DNA of 63,923 bases, counting the filler, from Lama guanicoe (Eukaryota): the NCBI GenBank assembly GCA_013239625.1. It is 73 parts of 72 records of this genome, joined end to end, with 100 filler letters (N's around TTAATTAATTAA, not from the genome) between each part and the next. Parts side by side here need not be neighbours in the genome. Positions count along the whole stretch, not along the records: positions 37,649 to 38,139 come from PNXV01016509.1; positions 38,240 to 38,722 come from MU055792.1; positions 38,823 to 39,601 come from PNXV01016537.1; positions 39,702 to 40,189 come from PNXV01016538.1; positions 40,290 to 40,861 come from PNXV01016539.1; positions 40,962 to 41,559 come from PNXV01016540.1; positions 41,660 to 42,102 come from PNXV01016541.1; positions 42,203 to 43,081 come from MU055794.1; 65 more parts are not named here. The stretch is one strand, 5' to 3'. The notes under the pieces are model-generated. The model searched no databases, was not told the origin of the DNA, and saw nothing but the letters and a program-made list of their open reading frames with translations. Within the stretch, counting starts at the first letter, position 1. The number at the start of each line of letters is the position of its first letter. Of this stretch, positions 37,880-50,147 are shown piece after piece. The position numbers and the translations under genes were made by a program.

Positions 37880-38139
37880 AGGAAAAAGAGGGCACTAATG
37901 GACTCATCTACAAAACAGACACAGATTTTCAGACATAGTAAACAATCTTATGATTACTGGGGGAAATGATTTAGGAAGGGATATATTTGGAAGTTTGAGA
38001 TTTGCATATGTCAACAATTTCGTATAAAAATAGATTAAAACAGATTTATTTTATATAGCACAAGGAACTATATTCAATATTTTGCAACAGCCTTTAATGG
38101 AAAAGAATATGAAAATGAATATAGGTATGTATATATGCA
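37649..38139 (+). mobile_element. L1 ORF2 end and 3' UTR
   Basis: gatgactggataaagaagttgtggtatatttatac...gtaagccagaaagagaaagaaaaataccatatg. Confidence 0.93.
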
Positions 38140-38239
38140 NNNNNNNNNNNNNNNNNNNNNNNNNNNNNNNNNNNNNNNNNNNNTTAATTAATTAANNNNN
38201 NNNNNNNNNNNNNNNNNNNNNNNNNNNNNNNNNNNNNNN

Positions 38240-38722
38240 TGCAACATCTGACTGCGGCATCCGGAGGGGCAGTGACCCGCCCACCCACTGCATCTGACCC
38301 CGTGTTAGGAAGAGGTGCGATCTGCTTGCCGACAGGTGCTGGGAGCAGCACAGAAGAGGGCGCCAACGGAGGGCCTATGAAAACAAGCTGAGCTTCCAAA
38401 ACAGGACGAAGACAGAAGGACTTCACATTAAAAGCACACAGACTCCAGGAGAACACCGACAACCCCCCTTTTTTNNNNNNNNNNNNNNNNNNNNNNNNNN
38501 NNNNNNNNNNNNNNNNNNNNNNNNNNNNNNNNNNNNNNNNNNNNNNNNNNNNNNNNNNNNNNNNNNNNNNNNNNNNNNNNNNNNNNNNNNNNNNNNNNNN
38601 NNNNNNNNNNNTTTATACTGTAATACATTTTTTCTTTTCCCCTCCCCTTTTTTTTTTCTTTTTTTTTTTTTACAGGTTTTAAAAGGACGTCTCCACCTGA
38701 TTAATACTCTGCTTCAACCCGC
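38240..38722 (+). mobile_element. L1 5' UTR fragment, CpG-retaining (young)
   Basis: Homologous to 34904-35044 and 26105-26260; followed by the T-rich tract typical upstream of ORF1. Confidence 0.7.
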
Positions 38723-39211
38723 NNNNNNNNNNNNNNNNNNNNNNNNNNNNNNNNNNNNNNNNNNNNTTAATTAATTAANNNNNNNNNNNNNNNNNNNNNN
38801 NNNNNNNNNNNNNNNNNNNNNNCTGTTTTCAGAGATGGGTATATACATAACATATAGTATAAAATAAAATGTTTTTATTTAATATGTGGGACTTTGCACC
38901 TGTTGGGAAGAGCTGTGTTGGCCTGGTCTCCACGGAGGACACTAGGGGTCAGCAGAGCGTGCGGGAGGGCAGGCAGCCAGCCCTGCTTCTGCGGGGGCTT
39001 CTCCCGAGCAGGGCGCTCTTCTGAAGTGACTCTTCTCTGAGTTTGGTTGCCAGACGAGCAGACAGCAAATAAATGAGTTCTGGTGGGATTGTATAATGAC
39101 AGGAAGAAAGAGGGAGCCGTAGTTTTTGTGGACTAGAACACGATTTTGGTTCCTGATCCAGTGTGTTCCATTACAGAATTCATGAGCTGTGTCTATTCTG
39201 GAATTTGTCGA

Positions 39212-39601
39212 TGTAAAGAAATGTGTAGCCTGAAAGTTTAGAGTTATGCTTTTTTTGGCGGGAGGACTCGAGGCGGGATGACAGCCTTCAAATCTGTCTG
39301 AGGGACTGCTCCCAAGAAGTAGGGGAGGAGCTAGGATTATATAGGAACTTTACAACAAAGACCAGGGAGTTGGAACAATAAAAGATTGTTTGTTATCTAA
39401 AGAAAACCAGACATCTCAATTTCAAGAATTAAGTGCTTTTCTGTGTATGGGAGGAAGCAAACATTTTGGCTCATTGAATTCATTCCTTTTACAAGTACCT
39501 AAATATCTAGGGCCAGTATTCTCTCCTTTCTTATTCTGAGTCGTCTCAGAGAGCACCATTCTGAGTGGCTGCCTAGGGTGAGCTGCAGGCCTGTCCTTGC
39601 T
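39212..39601 (-). mobile_element. ERV1 LTR, MER41-like
   Basis: tgtaaagaaa start; ctgagggactgctcccaagaagtagggg...taaagaaaaccagacatctcaa...gcttttctgtgtatgggag...ggctcattgaattcattcctt. Confidence 0.7.
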
Positions 39602-40289
39602 NNNNNNNNNNNNNNNNNNNNNNNNNNNNNNNNNNNNNNNNNNNNTTAATTAATTAANNNNNNNNNNNNNNNNNNNNNNNNNNNNNNNNNNNNNNNNNNN
39701 NCTGAACTTATAAAAACCAAAACCCCTTTAGGGGGAACTTGGATTTCTCTACCTGTGTCCTTGAAATGAAAACATTTTATCTTTCTCTGGTTGTTTTATG
39801 TGTGTGTATGTATGTATATATGTGTTTGCTTTTTTTTTTAAAGGAAAACTTGGACTCTGCCATGCAAAAGGTAGAAGTATTGTATACATATGGTGGCCAC
39901 GCAAATAAACTGGGATTCTCAACTATCCTTTGTACCAATTTTCAGGCATTTTGCCATCTTAAACTTTGCTGCATCAGCCTGAACCACAAATGCCTTTACC
40001 TTTTGGAGAGTAAATTTTGTACTTTATTTAGGCAACACCCCCACTCTCATGTGGAAAAACCTCTTCATTTTATTGCTTTAAAATCAGTATGTGTTTGTAT
40101 ATATATATATATACAAACATATATATATATATGAGAGCCGTATAATGGATCCCTTAATTTGGAAAAACTTTTAAATTGATGAAAGTTGANNNNNNNNNNN
40201 NNNNNNNNNNNNNNNNNNNNNNNNNNNNNNNNNTTAATTAATTAANNNNNNNNNNNNNNNNNNNNNNNNNNNNNNNNNNNNNNNNNNNN

Positions 40290-40861
40290 AGCAGAGAATT
40301 GCACTTTTGGGTCCACAAGCATGGTGGGTCACGTGCTATTCCCAGCATACCAAGGGAAGGAAAAGGCTTTTACAGAGCGGAAAGGGAGGTGGGAGGGCTG
40401 CGGTATACAGAGCCCAGGGCTTTTCATGGGCTGGAAGGAGAAGTCTTTCTTCCTCCTGTTGGGCTCTGCTGTCCTCACAGGGTGTGACAGCTCCCCCTTG
40501 TGATCGCTCAGATCTATTTAATTATGGTTTCTGTATATTAATTTTTACATTTTTCCCTTTTGATCAAAGTACCATTGTGGTACTGAAAGTACCACTAATT
40601 GAGTCAGGTTTTCTAGTTTCACTTTTTTTTTTTTTGGCCCTCAAAGTCAGGAAGGACTTTTCCTAGGTGTGATTTCTCATGTCAGAGGGAAAGTACACAG
40701 ATCGGAAACTCATTAAGGTCACGTTCAAGTAACAACGAGGGGCAGGAAGGAGAACTTGCAGCCACCTTTTAGTATAAAGCCCGTATGTCATCAAGACCAC
40801 GGACACTGGAGTTAATCTGATACATGGTGATTTTCAGTATCCTCTGTGTATGCTCTTGTTA
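40290..40861 (-). mobile_element. ERV1 3' LTR (40290-40549) with polypurine tract and adjacent internal sequence
   Basis: Reverse complement reads GATCAAAAGGGAAAAA|TGTAAAAATTAAT: a polypurine tract directly followed by a TGT LTR start. Confidence 0.7.
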
Positions 40862-41659
40862 NNNNNNNNNNNNNNNNNNNNNNNNNNNNNNNNNNNNNNN
40901 NNNNNTTAATTAATTAANNNNNNNNNNNNNNNNNNNNNNNNNNNNNNNNNNNNNNNNNNNNTGCCCACTGGTTTGAAACACACAGCCACTGGCAGTGCAA
41001 CTCCTGTCTCTGTGCCGCGGTGATGGCCTTGGGAGATGCAGGGCTCTGAGCCCTGGGGGAGTCTTCAGCGCAGGTACTTCTCCAAGAAACTGGACTTTAA
41101 AGGGAAGAAGAAAGTGTAGAAAGTATCAGAGAGCAATACAGGGCCGTGAGAGAGGGTTGGGCGCGGGTTAGTTTTGTTTTACAGTGGGCGTTTCTGGCCT
41201 TCCTGAGTTGCTAGGCCTTTGTTCTTTTTGGTCTTTTTTCCAAAAGCTTTTAAGAAAGTTCTTCTCGCTTGAAAATCTGAACAGAGTAAATCATGTTGGG
41301 TTATTTCTGGTGTTTTATTTTTTAAGTAAAAAATTATCTGGAATTTATTTTAATGTCATAAATGAGGACACTGTACCAGGTCTTCCAATGATTTAGCTAA
41401 TTACTGCAGTACTTGAATCTACTGATTTGAAGTGTCAATTTTATAATACTACTAAAATCTCATAAATATCCACGTCTATTCTTGAAATGTAATCTGTTTC
41501 ATTCATACTTTCAGTGCACTATTTCTATACTGTTTCCATGACCATAGATTAATACCTCCNNNNNNNNNNNNNNNNNNNNNNNNNNNNNNNNNNNNNNNNN
41601 NNNTTAATTAATTAANNNNNNNNNNNNNNNNNNNNNNNNNNNNNNNNNNNNNNNNNNNN

Positions 41660-42079
41660 GCTCACAGTGGACACACTGTATGCACTACAGGCACCACTAT
41701 GTGCCCGAGAATGGGTGGAGCATCTTCCAGAACCACCGCAAGGTCGTGGGCCTTGTCACCATTACCGACTGTCTCTCTGCCAAGGCCTTCAAGAAGCTGC
41801 ACGTGCAGAGGGGCTGTATGGCACCTCGTTCAATGACTCTTAGCTTTTGTCTTTGTGCAGCATGGGGAGGTAGCCGAGCAGCCGCGCACCGACGTTGCCT
41901 TCAAACTAAGAGGACTGCAGGGTGGTGGAGAAGAGGATCGAGGACTTCACTGACTCACTCTTCATCTTGCTCAAGGCCAAGTGGCTGGATGGTGGCCCCA
42001 AGATATCTGAGGACAAGATCCCCCTCCTCTGCATCCCGTTTGAGAAGGAGGAGTTCATGAGACTGAACACAGAGAGCAG
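41660..42079 (+). pseudogene. TRAPPC9: Unprocessed, disabled copy of the first coding exon of TRAPPC9 (NIBP)
   Basis: [30 protein letters not shown]...[52 protein letters not shown]....[22 protein letters not shown] matches the TRAPPC9 N-terminus; 3 frameshifts, 2 stops; ends at AG|GTAAGT (42079/42080). Confidence 0.92.
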
Positions 42080-42202
42080 GTAAGTTTACCTGGAGGCCAG
42101 CCNNNNNNNNNNNNNNNNNNNNNNNNNNNNNNNNNNNNNNNNNNNNTTAATTAATTAANNNNNNNNNNNNNNNNNNNNNNNNNNNNNNNNNNNNNNNNNN
42201 NN

Positions 42203-43081
42203 AGGTATTTCTCGGAATTCCCCGAACAGGGAACACTTGTGACTGAAGAGATCTGCGTGGAGTTTTCTCTCGTGCTCCCCCACGCACTGACAATTATTCC
42301 GGAATCCTGAGCGTGGGGAGGTTCCACCAACGGTCGGCAGCGCGTGGGTTCTAACGGAAAGCCTAATCTCGTCTCCCCTGAGGGTTTTCCTAATGTCNNN
42401 NNNNNNNNNNNNNNNNNNNNNNNNNNNNNNNNNNNNNNNNNNNNNNNNNNNNNNNNNNNNNNNNNNNNNNNNNNNNNNNNNNNNNNNNNNNNNNNNNNNN
42501 NNNNNNNNNNNNNNNNNNNNNNNNNNNNNNNNNNNNNNNNNNNNNNNNNNNNNNNNNNNNNNNNNNNNNNNNNNNNNNNNNNNNNNNNNNNNNNNNNNNN
42601 NNNNNNNNNNNNNNNNNNNNNNNNNNNNNNNNNNNNNNNNNNNNNNNNNNNNNNNNNNNNNNNNNNNNNNNNNNNNNNNNNNNNNNNNNNNNNNNNNNNN
42701 NNNNNNNNNNNNNNNNNNNNNNNNNNNNNNNNNNNTATTTCTCGGACTTCCCCGAACAGGGAACACCTGTGACTGAAGAGAGCTGCGTGGAGTTGTCTCT
42801 CGAGCTCCCCCTGGCACTGACAATGGTTCCGGAATCCTGAGCGTGTGGAAGTTCCATCAACTGTCGGCAGCGCGTGGGTTTTAACGGAAAGCCTAAGCTC
42901 ATCTCCCCTGAGGGTTTTCCTAATGTCTCTGTGCCAGGCAATGCCAGGGGGGTTTGCAGGATATCCCAGTGGCAGAGGCTGCCTCCCCAAGTTCAGGGAA
43001 ATTATTTCTCGGACTTTCCCGAACAGGGAACTCTTGTGACTGAAGAGAGCAGCGTGGAGTTGTCTCTCGAGCTCCCCCACG
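42203..43081 (-). repeat. Sat A array
   Basis: tatttctcggactt at 42736 and 43003 (period 267). Confidence 0.96.
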
Positions 43082-43181
43082 NNNNNNNNNNNNNNNNNNN
43101 NNNNNNNNNNNNNNNNNNNNNNNNNTTAATTAATTAANNNNNNNNNNNNNNNNNNNNNNNNNNNNNNNNNNNNNNNNNNNN

Positions 43182-43658
43182 CAATATCACCGATTATCAG
43201 AGAAATGCAAATCAAAACTTCAGTGATGTAATATCTCACACTAGTCAGAATCGCCATCATTCAAAAATCCACAAATGACAAGTGCTGGAGAGACTGTGGA
43301 GAAAAGGGAACCGTCCTTCACTGCTGGTGGCAATGCAGTTTGGTGCAGCCACTGTGGAAAACAGNNNNNNNNNNNNNNNNNNNNNNNNNNNNNNNNNNNN
43401 NNNNNNNNNNNNNNNNNNNNNNNNNNNNNNNNNNNNNNNNNNNNNNNNNNNNNNNNNNNNNNNNNNNNNNNNNNNNNNNNNNNNNNNNNNNNNNNNNNNN
43501 NNNNNNNNNNNNNNNNNNNNNNNNNNNNNNNNNNNNNNNNNNNNNNNNNNNNNNNNNNNNNNNNNNNNNNNNNNNNNNNNNNNNNNNCATATACACAGAC
43601 AACATAATGCCATTTTCAGCAACATGGATGCTCCTGGAGAAATTCTGTCTAAATGTAG
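43182..43658 (+). mobile_element. L1 ORF2 C-terminal fragment
   Basis: gagaaatgcaaatcaaaact...gcagtttggtgcagccactgtggaaaacag. Confidence 0.92.
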
Positions 43659-43758
43659 NNNNNNNNNNNNNNNNNNNNNNNNNNNNNNNNNNNNNNNNNN
43701 NNTTAATTAATTAANNNNNNNNNNNNNNNNNNNNNNNNNNNNNNNNNNNNNNNNNNNN

Positions 43759-44640
43759 ACCGGCTGCCCCACAAAGTCAAGGAATATATTTCTCGGACTT
43801 CCCCCGATTAGGGAACACATGTGACTGAAGAAAGCTTCATGGAGATGTCTCTCGAGCTCCCCCACGACTGATTATGGTTTCGGAATCATGAGCTTGGGGA
43901 GGTTCCACCAACGTTCGGCAGCGCGTGGGTTTTAACGGATTGCCTACGCTCGTCTACCCTATTTGTTTTCCTAATGTCTCTCTGCCAGGGAATGTTAGCG
44001 GGGTATTCCGGAATTTCCAGTGATAGAGGCTGCCTCCCCAAGGTCAGGGAAGGTATTTTTCGGACTTCCCCCTAATAGGGAACACCTGTGACTGAACAGA
44101 GCTGCCTGGAGTTGTCTCTCGAGCTCCACCACTCACGGATTTATTGGTTCTGGAATCCTGAGCGTGGGGAGGTTAAAAAAAACGGTCGGCAGCGCGTGGG
44201 TTCTAATGGAATGCCTAAGCTCATCTCCCCTGAGGGTTTTCCTAATGTCTGGCTGCCAGGGAATGCTAGGGATCTGCGCTGCAATTCCCAGGGTCACCGG
44301 CTGCCTCCCAAAGTCAAGGAATATATTTCTCGGACTTCCCCCGAACAGGGAACACCTGTGACTGAACAGAGCTGCCTGGAGTTGTCTCTCGAGCTCCACC
44401 ACTCACGGATTTTGGTTCTGGAATCCTGAGCGTGGGGAGGTTAAAAAAAACGGTCGGCAGCGCGTGGGTTCTAACGGATTGCCTACGCTCGACTGCCCTG
44501 ATTATTTTCCTAATGTCTCTCTGCCAGGGAATGTTAGCGGGGTATTCCGAATTCCCAGTGATAGAGGCTGCCTCCCCAAGGTCTGGGAAGTTATTTTTCA
44601 GACTTCCCCCGATCGGGGAACACCTGGGAGTGAAGAGAGC
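43759..44640 (-). repeat. Sat A array, dimer-like variant
   Basis: Four ggctgcc anchors at about 43762, 44028, 44299, 44565. Confidence 0.95.
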
Positions 44641-44751
44641 NNNNNNNNNNNNNNNNNNNNNNNNNNNNNNNNNNNNNNNNNNNNTTAATTAATTAANNNN
44701 NNNNNNNNNNNNNNNNNNNNNNNNNNNNNNNNNNNNNNNNTCGGTTTTCGG

Positions 44752-44805
44752 TTAGGTTTAGGGTTAGGGTTAGTGTTCAGGTTAGGGTTAGGGTTCAGGT
44801 TAGGG
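44752..44805 (+). repeat. Degenerate telomeric repeat (TTAGGG x5, TTCAGG x2, TTAGGT, TTAGTG)
   Basis: Nine in-phase hexamers. Confidence 0.92.
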
Positions 44806-44809
44806 TTTG

Positions 44810-45644
44810 ACAAGCATTAGCGCGTGCATCTCTGGGGCAGTGGAGGGTTTCAAACTGCTTCTCCAATCTTGGTGCACCTGTGCCACCATAAAGATTTGTG
44901 GAATATGTTTCCCCACCTCCAGCACACACACGGAGACGTGTTCAGGCATCCTAATTGTGGGGAGGTTCCTCCAAATGACAGCACCGCCTGGGTTCTAATA
45001 GAATCCCTTAGTTTGTAATAAGAGTGTTTCCGTGGTCCGGGATGTGACGGAATTCGTGGGGTTGTGCTTCGAGTCCAAGTAGCAGTGGGTGCCAACTGAT
45101 CAATTGAGGAAGTACTTAGAGGACTTCTCCCATAAGGGAACACATTTGCCGCCATTCATCTGGGTGGAGTGGGGCTGTACAACTCCCACACACAGAAGAA
45201 TGTGTTCTGGAATCCTGAGTGCAGGGAAGATCCTGCAACTGACATCAGAGCCTGGGATCTAATTGAATCCCTTTGCTTGTCTTCCCTGATGGTATTCNNN
45301 NNNNNNNNNNNNNNNNNNAACATGTGGTTTGGGCTTCAAAACCAAGTATTTGCGAGTACCTCTCTGTGGTTAGTGGAGGTGTTTTAAATACATCCCTAAC
45401 CTGGGAACACCTGTGCCCCCATAAAGATCCGTGGAGTCTGTTTCAATACCTCCAGCACACACATTAACACTTGCAAAGTTATCCTGAGAGTTGGCAGCCT
45501 CCTCCAACTGACAGCAGCGCCTGGGTTATAATAGAATCCTTTAGCTTGTAATATGAGTGATTCCCTGATCCGGGATGTGAGGGACAGCTGGAGGATGGGC
45601 TTCGAGGTCAAGTAGCAGTGAATCCCCCCTGATTGATTGAGGAA
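44810..45644 (-). repeat. Sat B array
   Basis: cctggg..ctaat.gaatccc anchors at 44987, 45251, 45520. Confidence 0.85.
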
Positions 45645-46333
45645 NNNNNNNNNNNNNNNNNNNNNNNNNNNNNNNNNNNNNNNNNNNNTTAATTAATTAA
45701 NNNNNNNNNNNNNNNNNNNNNNNNNNNNNNNNNNNNNNNNNNNNACAGATATCTTCCCAGAGCTTTCCAGACAGCTCCCACCCAGAAAGTGCCTCCAGGA
45801 TGTGTTCTGTGACTAAAGTTTTCCAGACAGGTGGTCTGAGGCCATTCTTTGCTCTGGTCCCAACAGTAGCCTCTGGGGACACCTCCATTTGTGACCCAGC
45901 CCTCGCCCCTCCCTCACCTACACACAGGCACCAGCCCTGCATTTCTGAACTTCGGGCTGTGCTTCGGGGGCTCCTGGTCCTCCACCTGACTTGCAGCGAG
46001 GTGGGCACGGTGCTCCATTTCAGAGCCGGTTGTGCTGAGCTACCCGTAGTCAGCCCCTGGTAGGTCCCTGGGAGAGCCCTGGGTGAAGTCTGGGTCCGAG
46101 GCCTGCCCCACTGGTTTGTGGGCCATGGCTGTGGGGACCCCTCCATATCCAGACCCACCTGGAGCCTGCGCTGGCCCTTAGAAAAGTGGCACAACAGCCC
46201 TTCACTTGGGGAGGGTGCTTTGGTGTTCTTTTTNNNNNNNNNNNNNNNNNNNNNNNNNNNNNNNNNNNNNNNNNNNNTTAATTAATTAANNNNNNNNNNN
46301 NNNNNNNNNNNNNNNNNNNNNNNNNNNNNNNNN

Positions 46334-48013
46334 CCATATTCTATATTTTGTGTTCTATATTCTATATTCTGTATTCAATATTAGACATTCCGTATCCTAT
46401 ATTCAAAATTCTGAGTTCTACATTCTATATTCTAATTTCGATACTCAGTATTCTGTATTCTATATTCTAAATTCTGTGTTCTAAATTCCATGTTCTAAAT
46501 TCTATGTTCTATATTCTCTATTCTATATTCTCTATTCTGTGTTCTCAATTCTATATTCTAAATTCTATATTCAGTATTCTGTTTTCTATATTNNNNNNNN
46601 NNNNNNNNNNNNNNNNNNNNNNNNNNNNNNNNNNNNNNNNNNNNNNNNNNNNNNNNNNNNNNNNNNNNNNNNNNNNNNNNNNNNNNNNNNNNNNNNNNNN
46701 NNNNNNNNNNNNNNNNNNNNNNNNNNNNNNNNNNNNNNNNNNNNNNNNNNNNNNNNNNNNNNNNNNNNNNNNNNNNNNNNNNNNNNNNNNNNNNNNNNNN
46801 NNNNNNNNNNNNNNNNNNNNNNNNNNNNNNNNNNNNNNNNNNNNNNNNNNNNNNNNNNNNNNNNNNNNNNNNNNNNNNNNNNNNNNNNNNNNNNNNNNNN
46901 NNNNNNNNNNNNNNNNNNNNNNNNNNNNNNNNNNNNNNNNNNNNNNNNNNNNNNNNNNNNNNNNNNNNNNNNNNNNNNNNNNNNNNNNNNNNNNNNNNNN
47001 NNNNNNNNNNNNNNNNNNNNNNNNNNNNNNNNNNNNNNNNNNNNNNNNNNNNNNNNNNNNNNNNNNNNNNNNNNNNNNNNNNNNNNNNNNNNNNNNNNNN
47101 NNNNNNNNNNNNNNNNNNNNNNNNNNNNNNNNNNNNNNNNNNNNNNNNNNNNNNNNNNNNNNNNNNNNNNNNNNNNNNNNNNNNNNNNNNNNNNNNNNNN
47201 NNNNNNNNNNNNNNNNNNNNNNNNNNNNNNNNNNNNNNNNNNNNNNNNNNNNNNNNNNNNNNNNNNNNNNNNNNNNNNNNNNNNNNNNNNNNNNNNNNNN
47301 NNNNNNNNNNNNNNNNNNNNNNNNNNNNNNNNNNNNNNNNNNNNNNNNNNNNNNNNNNNNNNNNNNNNNNNNNNNNNNNNNNNNNNNNNNNNNNNNNNNN
47401 NNNNNNNNNNNNNNNNNNNNNNNNNNNNNNNNNNGTGTTCTGCATTCCATGTTCTAAATTCTGGGTTCTGTATTCTGTTTTCCATATTCTATATTCTGTG
47501 TTCTAAATTTTATATTCTGCATTCTATATTCTGCATTCCGTATTCTACATTCCATATTCTGTGATCTACATTCTATATTCAAAATTTAATATTTAGTATT
47601 CTGTATTCTTTATTCTTAATATTGTGTTCTACATTCCATTCTCTAAATTCTGGGTTCTATATTCTATACTCTATATTCTATATTCTGTTTTCTAAATTGT
47701 ATACTCTAAATTCTATATTCAGTATTCCGTATTCTATATTCAATATTCTGGGTTCTGAATTCCTTGTTCTCAAATCTATATTCAGTATTCTGTATTCTAT
47801 ATTCTATATTCTGAGTTCTGCTTTCCATGTTCTAAATTCTATATTCAGTATTCTGCATTCTATATTCTAAATTCCTTTTTCGGCATTCCATGTTCAAAAC
47901 TCGGGGTTCTACATTCTCTATTCTATAATCTATATTCTGTGTTCTACATTCTATATTCTAAATTCTATATTCAGTATTCTGTATTTTATATTCCAAATTC
48001 TGTGTTCTTCATT
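46334..48013 (+). repeat. AT-rich heptamer satellite (with gap)
   Basis: TTC every 7 bp. Confidence 0.95.
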
Positions 48014-48113
48014 NNNNNNNNNNNNNNNNNNNNNNNNNNNNNNNNNNNNNNNNNNNNTTAATTAATTAANNNNNNNNNNNNNNNNNNNNNNNNNNNNNNN
48101 NNNNNNNNNNNNN

Positions 48114-49034
48114 ATCAAAGAGCGTGGAATATCTTTCCATTTTTTAAAGTCTTCTTTAATTTATCCATCAGTGGTTTATACTTTTCTGTGTATAATTCTT
48201 TTGCCTCCTTGGTTAAATTTATTCCCAGATATTTTATTACTTTGGGTGCTATTTTAAAGTGGATTGTTTCTTTACTTTCTTTATCTGTTGATTTACCATT
48301 AGTGTAAAGAAAGGCAACTGATTTTTGAACATTAATTTTGTAACCTGCTACCTTGCTGAATTCTTCAATCAGCTCTAGTAGCTTTTGTGTGGACCTTTTA
48401 GGGTTTTCTATATATAGTAACATGTCNNNNNNNNNNNNNNNNNNNNNNNNNNNNNNNNNNNNNNNNNNNNNNNNNNNNNNNNNNNNNNNNNNNNNNNNNN
48501 NNNNNNNNNNNNNNNNNNNNNNNNNNNNNNNNNNNNNNNNNNNNNNNNNNNNNNNNNNNNNNNNNNNNNNNNNNNNNNNNNNNNNNNNNNNNNNNNNNNN
48601 NNNNNNNNNNNNNNNNNNNNNNNNNNNNNNNNNNNNNNNNNNNNNNNNNNNNNNNNNNNNNNNNNNNNNNNNNNNNNNNNNNNNNNNNNNNNNNNNNNNN
48701 NNNCACTTTGGTGAGAGTTTTTATCATAAATGGGTGTTAAATTTTATCAAATGCTTTTTCTGCATCGATTGAGATAATCATGTGGTTTTTGTCCTTTCTC
48801 TTGTTGATGTGATGTATTACATTGATTGATTTGCGTATGTTGAACCAGCCTTGTGTCCCTGGGATGAACCCCAACCTGGTCATGATGTATAAACTTTTTT
48901 ATGTGTTGTTGGATTCTATTTGCTAAAATTTTGGTGAGGATTTTGGTGTCTATGTTCATCAGTGATATTGGCCTATAATACTCTGTTTTTGTAGTGTCTT
49001 TGCCTGGTTTTGGTATCAGGGTGATTGTGGCTTC
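48114..49034 (-). mobile_element. L1 ORF2 reverse-transcriptase region, disrupted
   Basis: [30 protein letters not shown] and DMLLYIENPK...FSKVAGYKINVQKSVAFLYTN...IKYLGINLTKE. Confidence 0.97.
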
Positions 49035-49134
49035 NNNNNNNNNNNNNNNNNNNNNNNNNNNNNNNNNNNNNNNNNNNNTTAATTAATTAANNNNNNNNNN
49101 NNNNNNNNNNNNNNNNNNNNNNNNNNNNNNNNNN

Positions 49135-49480
49135 GTTGGAGAATCTGTGAAATGGGCATGATAATATTTGTTTCTTCCTGGGACTGTTGTAAGTTCAAGA
49201 GAGTATTATAGCACACATGAAGCACTTAACACACTGGCACTTAGCAGTGTTCACTGTGTGGGGCCGCCCCGCTTAGCGTGTGTCAGAGCCGTAAAGGCAG
49301 CATTTGTCTTTTGAGGATGCACTGGTAATGAATAGGTTCTGAATTTGATGATTTACTTTAATCCTTGTAACTCTGTGTGCCATGGGCAGTTATTTTCATG
49401 GACAGATGATGAATCTCAGGGTAAAAAAGACTGTATAATTTGCCCAAAGTCAGACCATAATTTTGGGTGCAGGGGCCTCG
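49135..49480. mobile_element. Two MIR relics in opposite orientation
   Basis: ctgtgaaatgggcatgataata...gcacttaacacactggcacttag; and ttaatccttgtaac...acagatgatgaatctcaggg...ttgcccaaagtca. Confidence 0.7.
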
Positions 49481-50147
49481 GTTCAGCATGGGCCCTTGGG
49501 CCTTCTACCCTTTCCATTCAGCACCAGAGCCAGATGTGGGGTTGGCTGTTTCCCTGCCCAGAATATCCGGCGGGAACCAAGACACAACTGGCCCTGTGCT
49601 GCTTGAGCAAAAACTCCGAAGGAGAGGCAGTTATAAAAGGGATCAACATAAAAACAGACGACAGCAAACTGTCATCAGCTCTGAGAAGGAAAAGAACACG
49701 CCTCGCCGTGCAGAGCTGGGGGTTTTCCCGTCGGGGCTGCTCTGGGGGCGTTCATCTCAGCTAAACATCCTGCTGCTGCACCAAGGCAGGAAGGCAGGGC
49801 GCGAGTGGCCAGGTAGACAGGGCCTCATTGATCGTACACATTCCCCCTTAAGCGGCAGGTGTCACGGGCACTTACCTAGTAAACAGATGTCGGACATAAT
49901 CATCAGGCACTTTGCTCGGTAGTTTTATTGGCCCCAGTATTCAGATGAGGTCATTGAAGCTGCGGAGTTTGCTGCATGCCTGTGATTACCTTGGAAATTA
50001 CCCCACTGGTCTTTCAACCTAGACTGGTGTGGCTGTCATGTCCCAGCNNNNNNNNNNNNNNNNNNNNNNNNNNNNNNNNNNNNNNNNNNNNTTAATTAAT
50101 TAANNNNNNNNNNNNNNNNNNNNNNNNNNNNNNNNNNNNNNNNNNNN

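Noticed and set aside
41680..42060. 126-aa ORF as a functional TRAPPC9 isoform
   Set aside because: It leaves the TRAPPC9 frame after about 45 codons, and the ancestral frame has stops and frameshifts.
41660..45644. Apparent cluster of TRAPPC9 pseudogene, Sat A, L1 and telomere repeats as one locus or system
   Set aside because: Each lies on a separate scaffold divided by synthetic linkers, so their order is arbitrary.
49630..49730. TATAAAAG plus NF-kB-like GGGGTTTTCC; also a GAS-like TTCCTGGAA near 59530
   Set aside because: Isolated short motifs expected by chance, with no linked gene or CpG island.
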